DNA of 64,000 bases from Patescibacteria group bacterium. GTDB taxonomy: Bacteria > Patescibacteriota > Microgenomatia > UBA1400 > PJMF01. The stretch is taken from the NCBI GenBank assembly GCA_045541795.1, contig JAZQJV010000018.1, positions 37,857 through 101,856 on the forward strand, given 5' to 3'. Made by a program: the position numbers and the translations under genes. The notes beneath the pieces are model-generated. The model worked only from the letters and a program-made list of their open reading frames with translations, was not told where the DNA came from and made no database searches. This document shows positions 34,142 through 43,507 of the stretch, one piece after another. Position 1 is the first letter of the stretch. Each line of letters starts with the position of its first letter.

Positions 34142-35203
34142 ATGTCAGAAAAAATTAACCAGTACGTACTGCAGGAAATTAATGAACTCAAAAGCCGTAT
34201 CCAAGAGGCCAAATTGCCGGAAGCTGTCCAAAAAAAAGCCGAACGTGACATCATTAGTCTGGAACGCTCGATTGACTTCGGCAATTACGACGAAAAATAC
34301 GAAATGGTGACGCACTACATCGACTGGCTGGTGCGCATCCCCTGGAATAAATTCACCAAAGACCGTCTCGACATCAATGAGACCCGCCGTATTTTTGACT
34401 CACACCACTACGGTATGATGGAAGTAAAAAACCGCTTCCTTGAATACGTCTCCATCCTCAAGCTCCAAAACCAAAATAACCAAACTCAAGCCTACCGCGC
34501 GCCGATTTTACTACTCGTTGGGCTGGTGGGTACTGGTAAGACTACTTTTGCTTATTCATTGGCTGAAGCCCTTGGTCGTTACATTGTCCGCATTCCTTTT
34601 GGTGGTATGGGTTCGGCCAGAGAACTGCGCGGCTGGTCGCGGCTACATCTGGAGGCCGAACCAGGCAAGATTATCAAAGGACTTTGCGAGGCAGGTGTCC
34701 GCAATCCGATTTTCCTGCTTGATGAAATTGACCGGGTGGCGGAAAGCGCGCTTATGGACATTATGGGCGTACTGGTGGAGTTGCTTGATCCGGCGCAAAA
34801 CCAAGCGTTTACTGATACTTATATCGACTACCCGGTAGATCTTTCTCAGGCGATCTTTTTGGCCACTGCCAACAATACCACCAAAATTGCCACTGCCGTC
34901 ATGGATCGTATGGAAAAAATTTCTATGCCTTCTTACACTGATTACGAAAAAGAAATGATCGCCAAAAATTACATCTTGCCGCGGCTCTACTCCAATGCTG
35001 GTATCCGTCCCGAGCAAATCCATATCGATGACTCACTCTGGAGTAAAATCATCCGTCCACTCGGCTATGATATGGGCATCCGCACACTCGAGCGGACTCT
35101 AGAAAACATGGTTCGCAAAGCCGTACGCATTATGGTGGAACAAGGCTATCAGGAAATCTGGGTGACGCCAGAAAATTCCAAGATCTTCTTGCCCCAATAC
35201 TAA
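34142..35203 (+). CDS. Lon-like AAA+ ATPase module without the N-terminal substrate domain and without the S16 protease domain
   Basis: YIDWLVRIPWNKFTKDRLDINETRRIFDSHHYGMMEVKNRFLEYV and ILLLVGLVGTGKTTFAYSLAEALGRYIVRIPFGGMGSARELRGWSRLHLEAEPGKIIKGLCEAGVRNPIFLLDEIDRV align closely with E. coli Lon residues ~270-420 (Walker A, Walker B and sensor regions). The ORF stops at 35203 and recJ follows with its own promoter. Confidence 0.75.
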   Translation: MSEKINQYVLQEINELKSRIQEAKLPEAVQKKAERDIISLERSIDFGNYDEKYEMVTHYIDWLVRIPWNKFTKDRLDINETRRIFDSHHYGMMEVKNRFLEYVSILKLQNQNNQTQAYRAPILLLVGLVGTGKTTFAYSLAEALGRYIVRIPFGGMGSARELRGWSRLHLEAEPGKIIKGLCEAGVRNPIFLLDEIDRVAESALMDIMGVLVELLDPAQNQAFTDTYIDYPVDLSQAIFLATANNTTKIATAVMDRMEKISMPSYTDYEKEMIAKNYILPRLYSNAGIRPEQIHIDDSLWSKIIRPLGYDMGIRTLERTLENMVRKAVRIMVEQGYQEIWVTPENSKIFLPQY

Positions 35204-35244
35204 TCTGTGCTCACTGCCTGTCTTTTTGATGGTATAATCAGCCT

Positions 35245-36912
35245 ATGGCAAAGTACACGTGGCAGTTTTTACATGAAGATCAGGCAGATACTATCCAAGA
35301 ATTTACGGCGGCCATCATAAATAATCGCCATTGGGACCAAGAAACCCTTCAGGCGGAGTTTGCTTGGGAGCGTCTCACGCCTAAGGCTCTCAATATTGAT
35401 AAAGGGCAGCTGGAGGCAGCTATCGCCCGTCTGCAGGAGGCGGCCAGCAAAAAACAAAAAGTGGTCATTTTTGGTGACTATGATGTCGACGGTAATTGCG
35501 CCACGGCCATCATGTGGCAAAATTTGCGTGAAATTGGTATTGACGCGGCTCCTTTCATCCCACACCGTATCCGTCATGGTTATGGCATGTCTGTAGGCGC
35601 CTTAGAAGAAATCTTCGCCGCCGGCAAGCCAGATTTGATTATCACTGTGGATAATGGCATCACTGCCCGCGCCGCGCTCGATTTTTGCCGGCAGGAAGGC
35701 GTAGACGTCATCGTCACTGATCATCACCAACCAGACCAAGCCGGACCGCTGCCGGTGGTCGCCCTCGTGCACACTATCAGTCTTTGCGGTGCAGGCGTGG
35801 CCTGGTATCTCGGCTGGCAGCTGCACACTGCTTCTCTCGGGGTCAAGCCCGCTCAGAGCAAAGCCTTACCAATGCTTGATTTAGTGGCGCTAGCCACTAT
35901 TGTGGATCAAGTGCCTTTGGTAGGTCTGTGTCGTGCTCTCGTCAAGAAAGGCATTGCTTGTCTGCGTGAGAGCCAGCGCGTCGGTATCATCGCTCTTTGT
36001 GAGCAAGCACGTATCAAACAATCAGCACTGCGCGTGCGCGATATTGGTTTTAGCTTGGGGCCGCGGATAAATGCTATCGGCCGATTGACCAACACTCTGG
36101 AAGCACTCCGTCTTCTTTGCACGTCCAAAAAAACTTATGCTGCTAAACTTGCCCAAAGTCTGGGTGACGTCAACACTTCTCGTCAAGAGCTTACGAGCCA
36201 GATGCTGGAGACGGCTTGCGGCCAGCTGGGGCAAAAGTGCCAGGATAATATTATCATCACCGGCAGCAGTGAGTTTCACGAAGGTATCATTGGTCTGATC
36301 GCTAGTAAATTGGTAGATAAATATGCCCGGCCGGCTATCGTTTTTGCCATCCATGACGGGATCGCCAAAGGCTCAGCGCGTTCGATTGAGGGCTTTGATA
36401 TTATTGCTTTTATCCGCCGCTTCCGCGATCAGCTGCTAGAAGCTGGCGGTCACACTATGGCGGCTGGTTTAAGTATCGCCGCCGATCGCTTCGAAGAAGT
36501 CACTGCCAACATGCGTCAGACTGCCAACCAAGTCATCACCAAGCAACAATTAACCCCAACACTCAAAATTGAAACCCGCGTCAAAATAGAAGCTCTCTTT
36601 CATCCTTTTTTGCCGGCTCTATTGGAAGAATTAGAACCTTTTGGTGCCGGCAATCCGGAGCTGACGATAGCTATAGATGCTCAGGTCCACCGCGTCAGCA
36701 CCATTGGCAAAGACAAAAATCATCTCCGCTTAGATTTCGTCACGAGTAAAGGTCAATATTTCAACGCCTTGCTCTGGAATTATGTAGACTCCGGCCTGAC
36801 GCCACCTTCAAGCGGCGACCGGCTCCAAGTAGCCGGACAGCTGAGTCTCAATGACTACAACGGCCGCGTCAGCCCTCAGCTAATTATCCAAGATTGGCGA
36901 GAGATGGCATAA
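35245..36912 (+). CDS. recJ: Single-stranded-DNA-specific exonuclease RecJ (DHH/DHHA1)
   Basis: VVIFGDYDVDGNCATAIM, ITVDNGI, VIVTDHHQP and the GGH motif are the DHH-family signatures. Confidence 0.85.
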   Translation: MAKYTWQFLHEDQADTIQEFTAAIINNRHWDQETLQAEFAWERLTPKALNIDKGQLEAAIARLQEAASKKQKVVIFGDYDVDGNCATAIMWQNLREIGIDAAPFIPHRIRHGYGMSVGALEEIFAAGKPDLIITVDNGITARAALDFCRQEGVDVIVTDHHQPDQAGPLPVVALVHTISLCGAGVAWYLGWQLHTASLGVKPAQSKALPMLDLVALATIVDQVPLVGLCRALVKKGIACLRESQRVGIIALCEQARIKQSALRVRDIGFSLGPRINAIGRLTNTLEALRLLCTSKKTYAAKLAQSLGDVNTSRQELTSQMLETACGQLGQKCQDNIIITGSSEFHEGIIGLIASKLVDKYARPAIVFAIHDGIAKGSARSIEGFDIIAFIRRFRDQLLEAGGHTMAAGLSIAADRFEEVTANMRQTANQVITKQQLTPTLKIETRVKIEALFHPFLPALLEELEPFGAGNPELTIAIDAQVHRVSTIGKDKNHLRLDFVTSKGQYFNALLWNYVDSGLTPPSSGDRLQVAGQLSLNDYNGRVSPQLIIQDWREMA

Positions 36913-36951
36913 ATCTTTGACGCCGGGCGCATTTCATGTTACAATGAAAAT

Positions 36952-38676
36952 ATGCGCCGATTATTAATGAGTTTTGGCATTTTTTTCCTGCTTTCCGGGA
37001 TGAGTTGTAGTGCTATTGACCCGGTAGATGAACTGCAAGGCCAGATCAACGAGCTGGAAAACCTCAAGAAAATGTCTGAAGATGCGACTTCTAATCTGGA
37101 AGCAGAAGTTAAGAATTTAAGCAGTCGCATTAACGCTGCCAGACGTCAAGTGGCACAAATTAAAGTCCAAATGGAGGAATTAGCCACCAGCATTGAGCAG
37201 CGCGAACAAACTCGCGAGGAAAAAACCGAACTTCTCGGTAATGTCGTCGCTAAAACTTACAAATCATCCCGTCAAACGTCACCTCTGCTCATCCTCCTCG
37301 ATCCCGAAAGTAATCATTCTGCCTTCCTTTCGGCCGTCAGTTACCAGGCTGCGCAAAAACGCAACCAGCAACAAATCCAAGATATTGTCAATGAACTTAT
37401 CCAGCTACAGCAAGACAAGGTATCTTTGGAAAACACCAAGACTCGTCTGGTTGCCTTAGAAGCGCAGCTCGACGAACAAACAAAATTTTTCCAGCACGAA
37501 ATTGACTCTGCCAAAAGTTACCAAGCTGAGCTTTCTGGAAAAATCGCCGAACTGTCCGCCCGCCAAAAGCAAATCATTGACGCTCGCTCGGGCACATCCA
37601 TTACTAGTGTCGGCGAGGTCCCGGCTGCCGATGATCCCAAAGCCTCCATCGAATGGAAAGCCCAGGCTCCCAGTAATCATTTTGCCGTTTTCTCTTTTGG
37701 CGCCTACACGCATCGTAACGGTATGAGTCAGTACGGCGCTCGCGCGCGCGCGAGCGAAGGCCAAAGTGTAGAGGAGATTTTAGCTCATTACTATCCCGGC
37801 ACTCATCTGGAAAAGGGCTATAGCGAGATGGGGGAGATCGACGTACAAGGTTACGGTCGGATGTCATTTGAAGATCAATACTTACAAAGTATTTACGAAA
37901 TGCCCGGCAGCTGGCCGCTGGAAGCGCTCAAAGCTCAGGCGATCGCTGCCCGCACTTATGCCATCCGCTACACCGGCAACGGCGCTCGTTCTATCTGTAC
38001 TACTGAAGCCTGTCAGGTCTACAAAAACGGCAAAAAGGGCGGCGACTGGGAAAAGGCAGTCAATGAGACCAAAAACTGGGTTTTAGTCACTGATGACGGC
38101 CAGCCGGCCTCTACGCAATACGCCTCCACTCACGGCGGCTATGCCAATACCAGCGGCTGGGATACGACCGATGGCAGCGGTGATGGTACCTGGTCAGATC
38201 GCGCCTGGGAAGCAAAAGCGTCCTCACCTTGGTTTTACAAAGCTTGGTGGCGCTCTGGGTATTCCTCCAGAGGTGATACTTGTGGCCGCGACAGTCCGTG
38301 GCTGTCTCAAGCCGAAATGAGCGACATCCTCAATGCATACCTGGTCAAAAACGGCTCTACTGGTGCCGACATCAGCCGGATCCAGCCTGTGACGATTAAC
38401 TCCTGCAAAATCGGTGGTTCGGGTGGCAATCCTTATTCCCTTGATGAACTCAAACGTTTTGCCGAGGCCGCTGGCGGAGCCGTCACTACGATCTCCGGTG
38501 TGACCGTGTCTCATGGCAGCGGCGGTCAGACAGCTCAGGTCCGTTTCCAGACAAATCGCGGCGAGCTCACCTTGTCAGGCAGCGAATTTAAGCAAATCTT
38601 TAATCTGCGCGCCCCCGGGTTTTTACGCATTCCCCAAAGTAGTTTTGCCAGTTTTAATATCGAGTACAAACCTTGA
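36952..38676 (+). CDS. Secreted SpoIID/LytB-domain protein with an N-terminal ~200-aa coiled coil (putative peptidoglycan remodelling enzyme)
   Basis: A signal peptide is followed by a long heptad-rich region. MSQYGARARASEGQSVEEILAHYYPGT and PLEALKAQAIAARTYAIRYTG are SpoIID-family motifs. Confidence 0.7.
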   Translation: MRRLLMSFGIFFLLSGMSCSAIDPVDELQGQINELENLKKMSEDATSNLEAEVKNLSSRINAARRQVAQIKVQMEELATSIEQREQTREEKTELLGNVVAKTYKSSRQTSPLLILLDPESNHSAFLSAVSYQAAQKRNQQQIQDIVNELIQLQQDKVSLENTKTRLVALEAQLDEQTKFFQHEIDSAKSYQAELSGKIAELSARQKQIIDARSGTSITSVGEVPAADDPKASIEWKAQAPSNHFAVFSFGAYTHRNGMSQYGARARASEGQSVEEILAHYYPGTHLEKGYSEMGEIDVQGYGRMSFEDQYLQSIYEMPGSWPLEALKAQAIAARTYAIRYTGNGARSICTTEACQVYKNGKKGGDWEKAVNETKNWVLVTDDGQPASTQYASTHGGYANTSGWDTTDGSGDGTWSDRAWEAKASSPWFYKAWWRSGYSSRGDTCGRDSPWLSQAEMSDILNAYLVKNGSTGADISRIQPVTINSCKIGGSGGNPYSLDELKRFAEAAGGAVTTISGVTVSHGSGGQTAQVRFQTNRGELTLSGSEFKQIFNLRAPGFLRIPQSSFASFNIEYKP

Positions 38677-38697
38677 TCGGTGTGGTATAATATCCCC

Positions 38698-39900
38698 ATG
38701 CAAAGGCTTTGTCGTTGGTTAAGTTTTGACTGGGTACGTATTGGTTTGATTTGGATCGTCTATCATCTCTTCATCTTGACTGTCGCGAGTCTGACTACTT
38801 ACTTTGAGCCGCTCGGCTATCATCCCAGTCACGCGCTCTCAGAACTCCTCGATGCAGCTCCGTTGTCGCCTTACATTTCTCGTCTCGCTGGCTTTGATGG
38901 CGTGCATTACCAGACTATCATCAATCACCGCGGCTACCGAGAAATTGGCGGTGTACAGGCTTTTTTCCCGCTTTATCCTTGGCTCATGTCACTGTTTAAT
39001 TTTATCACTCACCAGTCTATTGTTTCGGGTTTACTGATTTCCAGCCTGAGCCTATATGGATTTTTACTGCTTCTTTTCCGCTGGACTAGAAAAAAAACCG
39101 ACACTACCACCGCTTGGTGGCTGATCGCCCTCGTTTTGTGTTTACCAGGCAGTTTTTTCTATCTTACGGTGTACACGGAGAGCCTCTTTTTATTCCTACT
39201 TTTAGCTGCTTTTACCGCTTATGAACACAAAAATTACCCCATTTGTGCCGTTTGCTTGTTTTTCCTTTCTGCCTGCCGGATTGTGGGCATTTTGGCAGTG
39301 GTTGCACTGTTTTGTGACTATTTTATAAAGTCATACAAAAGACATCAATTAACCAAAAAATCTTCTCTTTGTAATCTTTTTGTACTCAGCCTCGGCAGTC
39401 TTGGTTTGATCTCCTATATGATCCACTTATACCTTATTCATGGTGACCCTCTAATGTTTGTCCATGTCCAAGCTGATTTTGGCGGTGGGCGGGACACCTC
39501 ACAGTTGGTGCTGCTACCGCAAGTTTTTTACCGTTATCTAAAAATGTGCCTGGTCGGGTTTAGTTCTTGGCCTGAAGCCTACCGCGTTTACCAGGAATTG
39601 CTGATTTCGCTCGCTTATTTACTGGGGCTTATCGGCGCCAGTTACCAATATTGGCGACAAAAAGACCGCATTCAACCTCTCTACTTACTCCTTTTTAGCC
39701 TGGCCGCCTACCTGATCGGCCCAGCCACCGGGATGCTCAGCAGTATGAGCCGTTATACACTAGTCTGCCTGTCAGTACCCCTTTTTATCTTGTGCGTAAG
39801 AAAAATACGCTGTCATTATTTGATACCCTCTATAATTATCATGGCGGTCATCCAAATCATCAACTTAATATTATTTCTCGAGGGTATTTTTATCGCATAA
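38698..39900 (+). CDS. Polytopic membrane protein, probable GT-C-fold glycosyltransferase
   Basis: About 10 TM helices with an HYQTIINHRGYREIGGVQAFFPLYPW loop. The start is at the ATG 6 nt after TGGTATAAT (the ORF-track GTG start lies inside the promoter). Confidence 0.45.
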   Translation: MQRLCRWLSFDWVRIGLIWIVYHLFILTVASLTTYFEPLGYHPSHALSELLDAAPLSPYISRLAGFDGVHYQTIINHRGYREIGGVQAFFPLYPWLMSLFNFITHQSIVSGLLISSLSLYGFLLLLFRWTRKKTDTTTAWWLIALVLCLPGSFFYLTVYTESLFLFLLLAAFTAYEHKNYPICAVCLFFLSACRIVGILAVVALFCDYFIKSYKRHQLTKKSSLCNLFVLSLGSLGLISYMIHLYLIHGDPLMFVHVQADFGGGRDTSQLVLLPQVFYRYLKMCLVGFSSWPEAYRVYQELLISLAYLLGLIGASYQYWRQKDRIQPLYLLLFSLAAYLIGPATGMLSSMSRYTLVCLSVPLFILCVRKIRCHYLIPSIIIMAVIQIINLILFLEGIFIA

Positions 39901-39975
39901 TTGCCCCTTGACAAAATGAAGATGATATGTTATAATATATTTGTCATGGTTAAAAGTGACTAAGTTAAGGAAAAT

Positions 39976-40347
39976 ATGAAAAAGTTAATTATTAGCTCCG
40001 CCATCATGCTCGGCCTTGCTGGCGCTGTCTTACCAGTTAGTGCTGACACGCGCACTTATACTGAGCGCGAGTGTAGTACCGATAGTTACGGCAATACCAC
40101 CTGTCGTGACAAAACCACCAACGTGGAAACTGGAGTCATCACTTACTCCAATCACACGGTCAATGGTTATGCCACAGGCAGCAGTACTCGCGGCGGTTAC
40201 ATTACTTACGGCCAGGCGGTCACCGGCCAGAGTGTCAATATCCTCAATACCGGTCTGCCCACCGGTGGTGCGCTGGTAGCAGGCGTCATTGTTGCCTTGG
40301 GGAGTCTCAGCTTAGCTTTCAAAGTGCTTTTGCGCCAAGCCAAGTGA
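39976..40347 (+). CDS. Small LPXTG-type cell-wall-anchored surface protein (predicted sortase substrate)
   Basis: A signal peptide (MKKLIISSAIMLGLAGAVLPVSA) is followed by a T/S/G-rich domain and LPTGG + hydrophobic segment + RQAK at the C-terminus. An AAGGA RBS is present. Confidence 0.7.
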   Translation: MKKLIISSAIMLGLAGAVLPVSADTRTYTERECSTDSYGNTTCRDKTTNVETGVITYSNHTVNGYATGSSTRGGYITYGQAVTGQSVNILNTGLPTGGALVAGVIVALGSLSLAFKVLLRQAK

Positions 40348-40406
40348 AACCTCATTTCTGTACAAAATTGCCCCGTTAAATTGCGTTTGACATGTTATAA
40401 TCACTC

Positions 40407-43400
40407 ATGTCAAATTTTGCTGCCAAATTTAAAAGTGAACTCGCCAAACTCAACCCTGCCCAAAAACAGGCCGTGGACACGCTGGAAGGCCCGGTGATGG
40501 TTTTTGCCGGCCCAGGCACAGGCAAAACCCAGATCCTCACGCTGCGCATCGCCAATCTCATCAGTCAGGGTCTGGCCGAGCCAGCCCAGATCTTAGCACT
40601 GACTTTCACTACCTCAGCTGCCGCCAATATGCGCACTCGCCTGGGCAGAATGATCGGCACCGCTGGGCTGCAAGTCCCGTTTTTCACTTTTCATGAGTTT
40701 TGCCAGACGGTGATCGGTGACCATCCAGAAGTTTTCCCTTTTGGTGAGCACGCCTTACCTCTGGGAGACTTAGAACGGATCGACATTTTGCAACAGGTGA
40801 TTGACCAAGTAATGCCGCCTAGTCTCCGGCCTACGGGCGCCGCTTACACGTATCTGGAGGCGATTTCGAGTGCGATCCAAAATCTCAAGGCTGAGTACGT
40901 GACACCAGAAAAATACCGCCAGCTTTTGGCGCAGGAAAAAAAACGGGTAGACAGCTTGATTGACGAAGAAATGGCCCGCAAGCGCCCGCGCAAAACTGTG
41001 ATTACTCATTTGAGGGTCACTTTTGCCAAGCAAGAAGAACTGGCGGATTTATACGAGCATTATAACCGCCTGCTGAGTGAGCGTCATCGTTACGATTTTG
41101 CCGATATGATTTTGCAAACAGTAAGCGTTTTCCGCGAGCAACCGGATATTTTAGCTCAGTACCAGGAGAAATTCCAGTATCTGCTCGTGGACGAGTATCA
41201 AGATACCAACAATTCTCAAAATGCTGTGCTTGACGCTTTGGCTAGTTTTTGGGGTGAACAGGCAAATATTTTTGTCGTCGGCGATCCTTATCAGTCTATC
41301 TACCGTTTCCAGGGCGCCAATGTAGAGAACTTTTTGGGCTTTACCAGTCGCTATCCGGCCGCCCGAGTCATCAATCTCCTCACAGGTTACCGTTGTCATG
41401 CTCATACTTACGCGCTCGCACATGCCCTGACCCATGAGATGAGTCCGCTCGAGGTAGACGGGGCAGGGGAGGCCCTAAAAAGTGGCAGTCACTTGTCACC
41501 ACTGCCGGCTTTACTTACCGCTTGTCCTAGTCAACAAGCTGAAATCATCAATATTTTTACCCGCATTCGCTCACTTATTGCTTCCGGCACGCCGCCTGAG
41601 CAAATTGCCATCATTTACCGTAAAAATCGTGAAGCCGACGCGCTCCTAACGGCTGCTGCTCACTATGGTATCGCTTGCGAGATTGAAGGCGGCGCTGACG
41701 TACTCGAAATGGAGACAGTGATCTGGATTTTACAGCTTTGCCGTCTCTGCGCCCATCTGGAGGACAGGCAAACCAGTGATAGCCTGGTCTATCAGCTGCT
41801 GTGGCGTCCATTTTGGCATGCAGACACTCTGGCTGTCGTCAAACTTATCCGCCTGGCTCGGGAAAAAAGATGGGTGCTCTGGGATATTTTGGCCGATCGC
41901 CGCCACCCGGCTTGGTTAGAGCTGGCAGCTGACGGCGTGAGCGAGCAACACTTAGCGGCCCTCGAAAACGTCGGTAATATTCTTAAAGATCTGGCCGCGC
42001 AGGCCGCCAATCTGCCTCCGTCACAATTTATCGCCTTACTGCTGGAAAAAAGCGGCATTTTGGCCTGGGTAAGGACACGCCAGGACTACTTACATCAGTT
42101 GACCGCCATTTTCACCTTTACCCAAGCTGTAGGTGAATGGTGCAGTGCCGATCCATATTTAACTCTAGCCGGAGTATTGACCAATTTTGATCTGATGCGC
42201 CAGCACAACTTACATTTACCACTGCAAGATCTCAACGCTCGTGATGGCGCGATCGCTCTTACCACTGCTCACAAAGCTAAGGGACGAGAATGGGATTATG
42301 TTTTCATTTATGGGCTTAATAAGGGCGTCTGGGATCACGCGCGGGCGGCTTTGAGTGTCAAATTGCCCGCTGGTATTATCACCATGCAGTCGCTTGATGA
42401 TAAAGAAAGTATCCTTGATGAAGAAAAACGGCTTTTTTACGTCGCGCTCACGCGTGCCCGGCGGCAAAACTTTCTCAGCTGGCATGAAAGCGAAATTAGC
42501 GCCGCTCGTACCCGCCAAATGCAGGCTTCTGATCTCGTTTTCTTTCTCCAAAAGCAGGTCACCGCTGGTCTGGTGGAAGAAGCACCGCTACTTTTGGATG
42601 CAGCCGCGCTCACTCGTGAACTTGACGTCTTCCTGGCGCCCGCTCCCGAGCGAGACTGGGGATCGGTAAGTCGTGACTATCTGCAAGGGCACGTCAAAAA
42701 CCTCAAACTGTCGGCTACCATGCTTAATGACTATTTGAGCGACGTCAACGTATTTATCGAGCGACACTTACTCGGTGCTCCAGGAGAGCCGGCCAGCACC
42801 CCGCAGCTTTTTGGCAACAGTTTCCATCGCACTCTGGAGCGAGCATTGCGGCCACAATTGACGGGCGCTGATCGCCTCTCGCTTGACGCGGCCAAAGAAC
42901 TATTTGCTGCTGATTTTGGGCGGGCAATTATCGAAAAGGCCGATTTGCAAGCCTGGACGAGTTTGGGTCTGGACTCACTAGAACTGTATTACAGGCAGCT
43001 GGCCACCTCACCCGTCATGCTGGTGGCCCTAGAGCGTAAATTTGGGGATTTGCCGCCCGTCTACCTAGACGACATCCCGCTTACAGGCAAAATCGACCGT
43101 ATTGATCAGCTGGATGCTGACACTGGTGAGGTCATAGATTATAAAACTGGTCAGCATCTGACTATGGGACAGCTTTTGGGTACTACGGCCAGCTCCAAGC
43201 TTTCCGCCCGCGAGCAAGAACTGCCAGAATGCATTCGCTCGCCATATAAGCGGCAGCTGCTTTTTTACAAACTTCTATGCGAGCGCGACCCTGAGTTTCA
43301 TTTACCAATTGCTCGGGGTGCTTTACATTTTGTCAAATCCGAAAAAGGAAAAATCGACGTCCGCCAATTCACACTTCCTGATGAAGAAGTTGCCGCTCTC

Positions 43401-43463
43401 GCCGACCTCATCCGGCAAGTCTGGAGAGAAATCCAGGAGTTGTCGTTTTGGACGGGGAAATAA
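40407..43463 (+). CDS. UvrD/PcrA/AddA-like superfamily-1 DNA helicase fused to a C-terminal PD-(D/E)xK (RecB-type) nuclease domain
   Basis: Walker A FAGPGTGKTQILT, motif II LLVDEYQDTN, motif VI-like VALTRAR, and the C-terminal GKIDRIDQLDADTGEVIDYKTG nuclease motif are present. Confidence 0.75.
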   Translation: MSNFAAKFKSELAKLNPAQKQAVDTLEGPVMVFAGPGTGKTQILTLRIANLISQGLAEPAQILALTFTTSAAANMRTRLGRMIGTAGLQVPFFTFHEFCQTVIGDHPEVFPFGEHALPLGDLERIDILQQVIDQVMPPSLRPTGAAYTYLEAISSAIQNLKAEYVTPEKYRQLLAQEKKRVDSLIDEEMARKRPRKTVITHLRVTFAKQEELADLYEHYNRLLSERHRYDFADMILQTVSVFREQPDILAQYQEKFQYLLVDEYQDTNNSQNAVLDALASFWGEQANIFVVGDPYQSIYRFQGANVENFLGFTSRYPAARVINLLTGYRCHAHTYALAHALTHEMSPLEVDGAGEALKSGSHLSPLPALLTACPSQQAEIINIFTRIRSLIASGTPPEQIAIIYRKNREADALLTAAAHYGIACEIEGGADVLEMETVIWILQLCRLCAHLEDRQTSDSLVYQLLWRPFWHADTLAVVKLIRLAREKRWVLWDILADRRHPAWLELAADGVSEQHLAALENVGNILKDLAAQAANLPPSQFIALLLEKSGILAWVRTRQDYLHQLTAIFTFTQAVGEWCSADPYLTLAGVLTNFDLMRQHNLHLPLQDLNARDGAIALTTAHKAKGREWDYVFIYGLNKGVWDHARAALSVKLPAGIITMQSLDDKESILDEEKRLFYVALTRARRQNFLSWHESEISAARTRQMQASDLVFFLQKQVTAGLVEEAPLLLDAAALTRELDVFLAPAPERDWGSVSRDYLQGHVKNLKLSATMLNDYLSDVNVFIERHLLGAPGEPASTPQLFGNSFHRTLERALRPQLTGADRLSLDAAKELFAADFGRAIIEKADLQAWTSLGLDSLELYYRQLATSPVMLVALERKFGDLPPVYLDDIPLTGKIDRIDQLDADTGEVIDYKTGQHLTMGQLLGTTASSKLSAREQELPECIRSPYKRQLLFYKLLCERDPEFHLPIARGALHFVKSEKGKIDVRQFTLPDEEVAALADLIRQVWREIQELSFWTGK

Positions 43464-43507
43464 TCAGGGTGAAAATTAGTCATTTTTATGATATAATATA
43501 GACAGTT

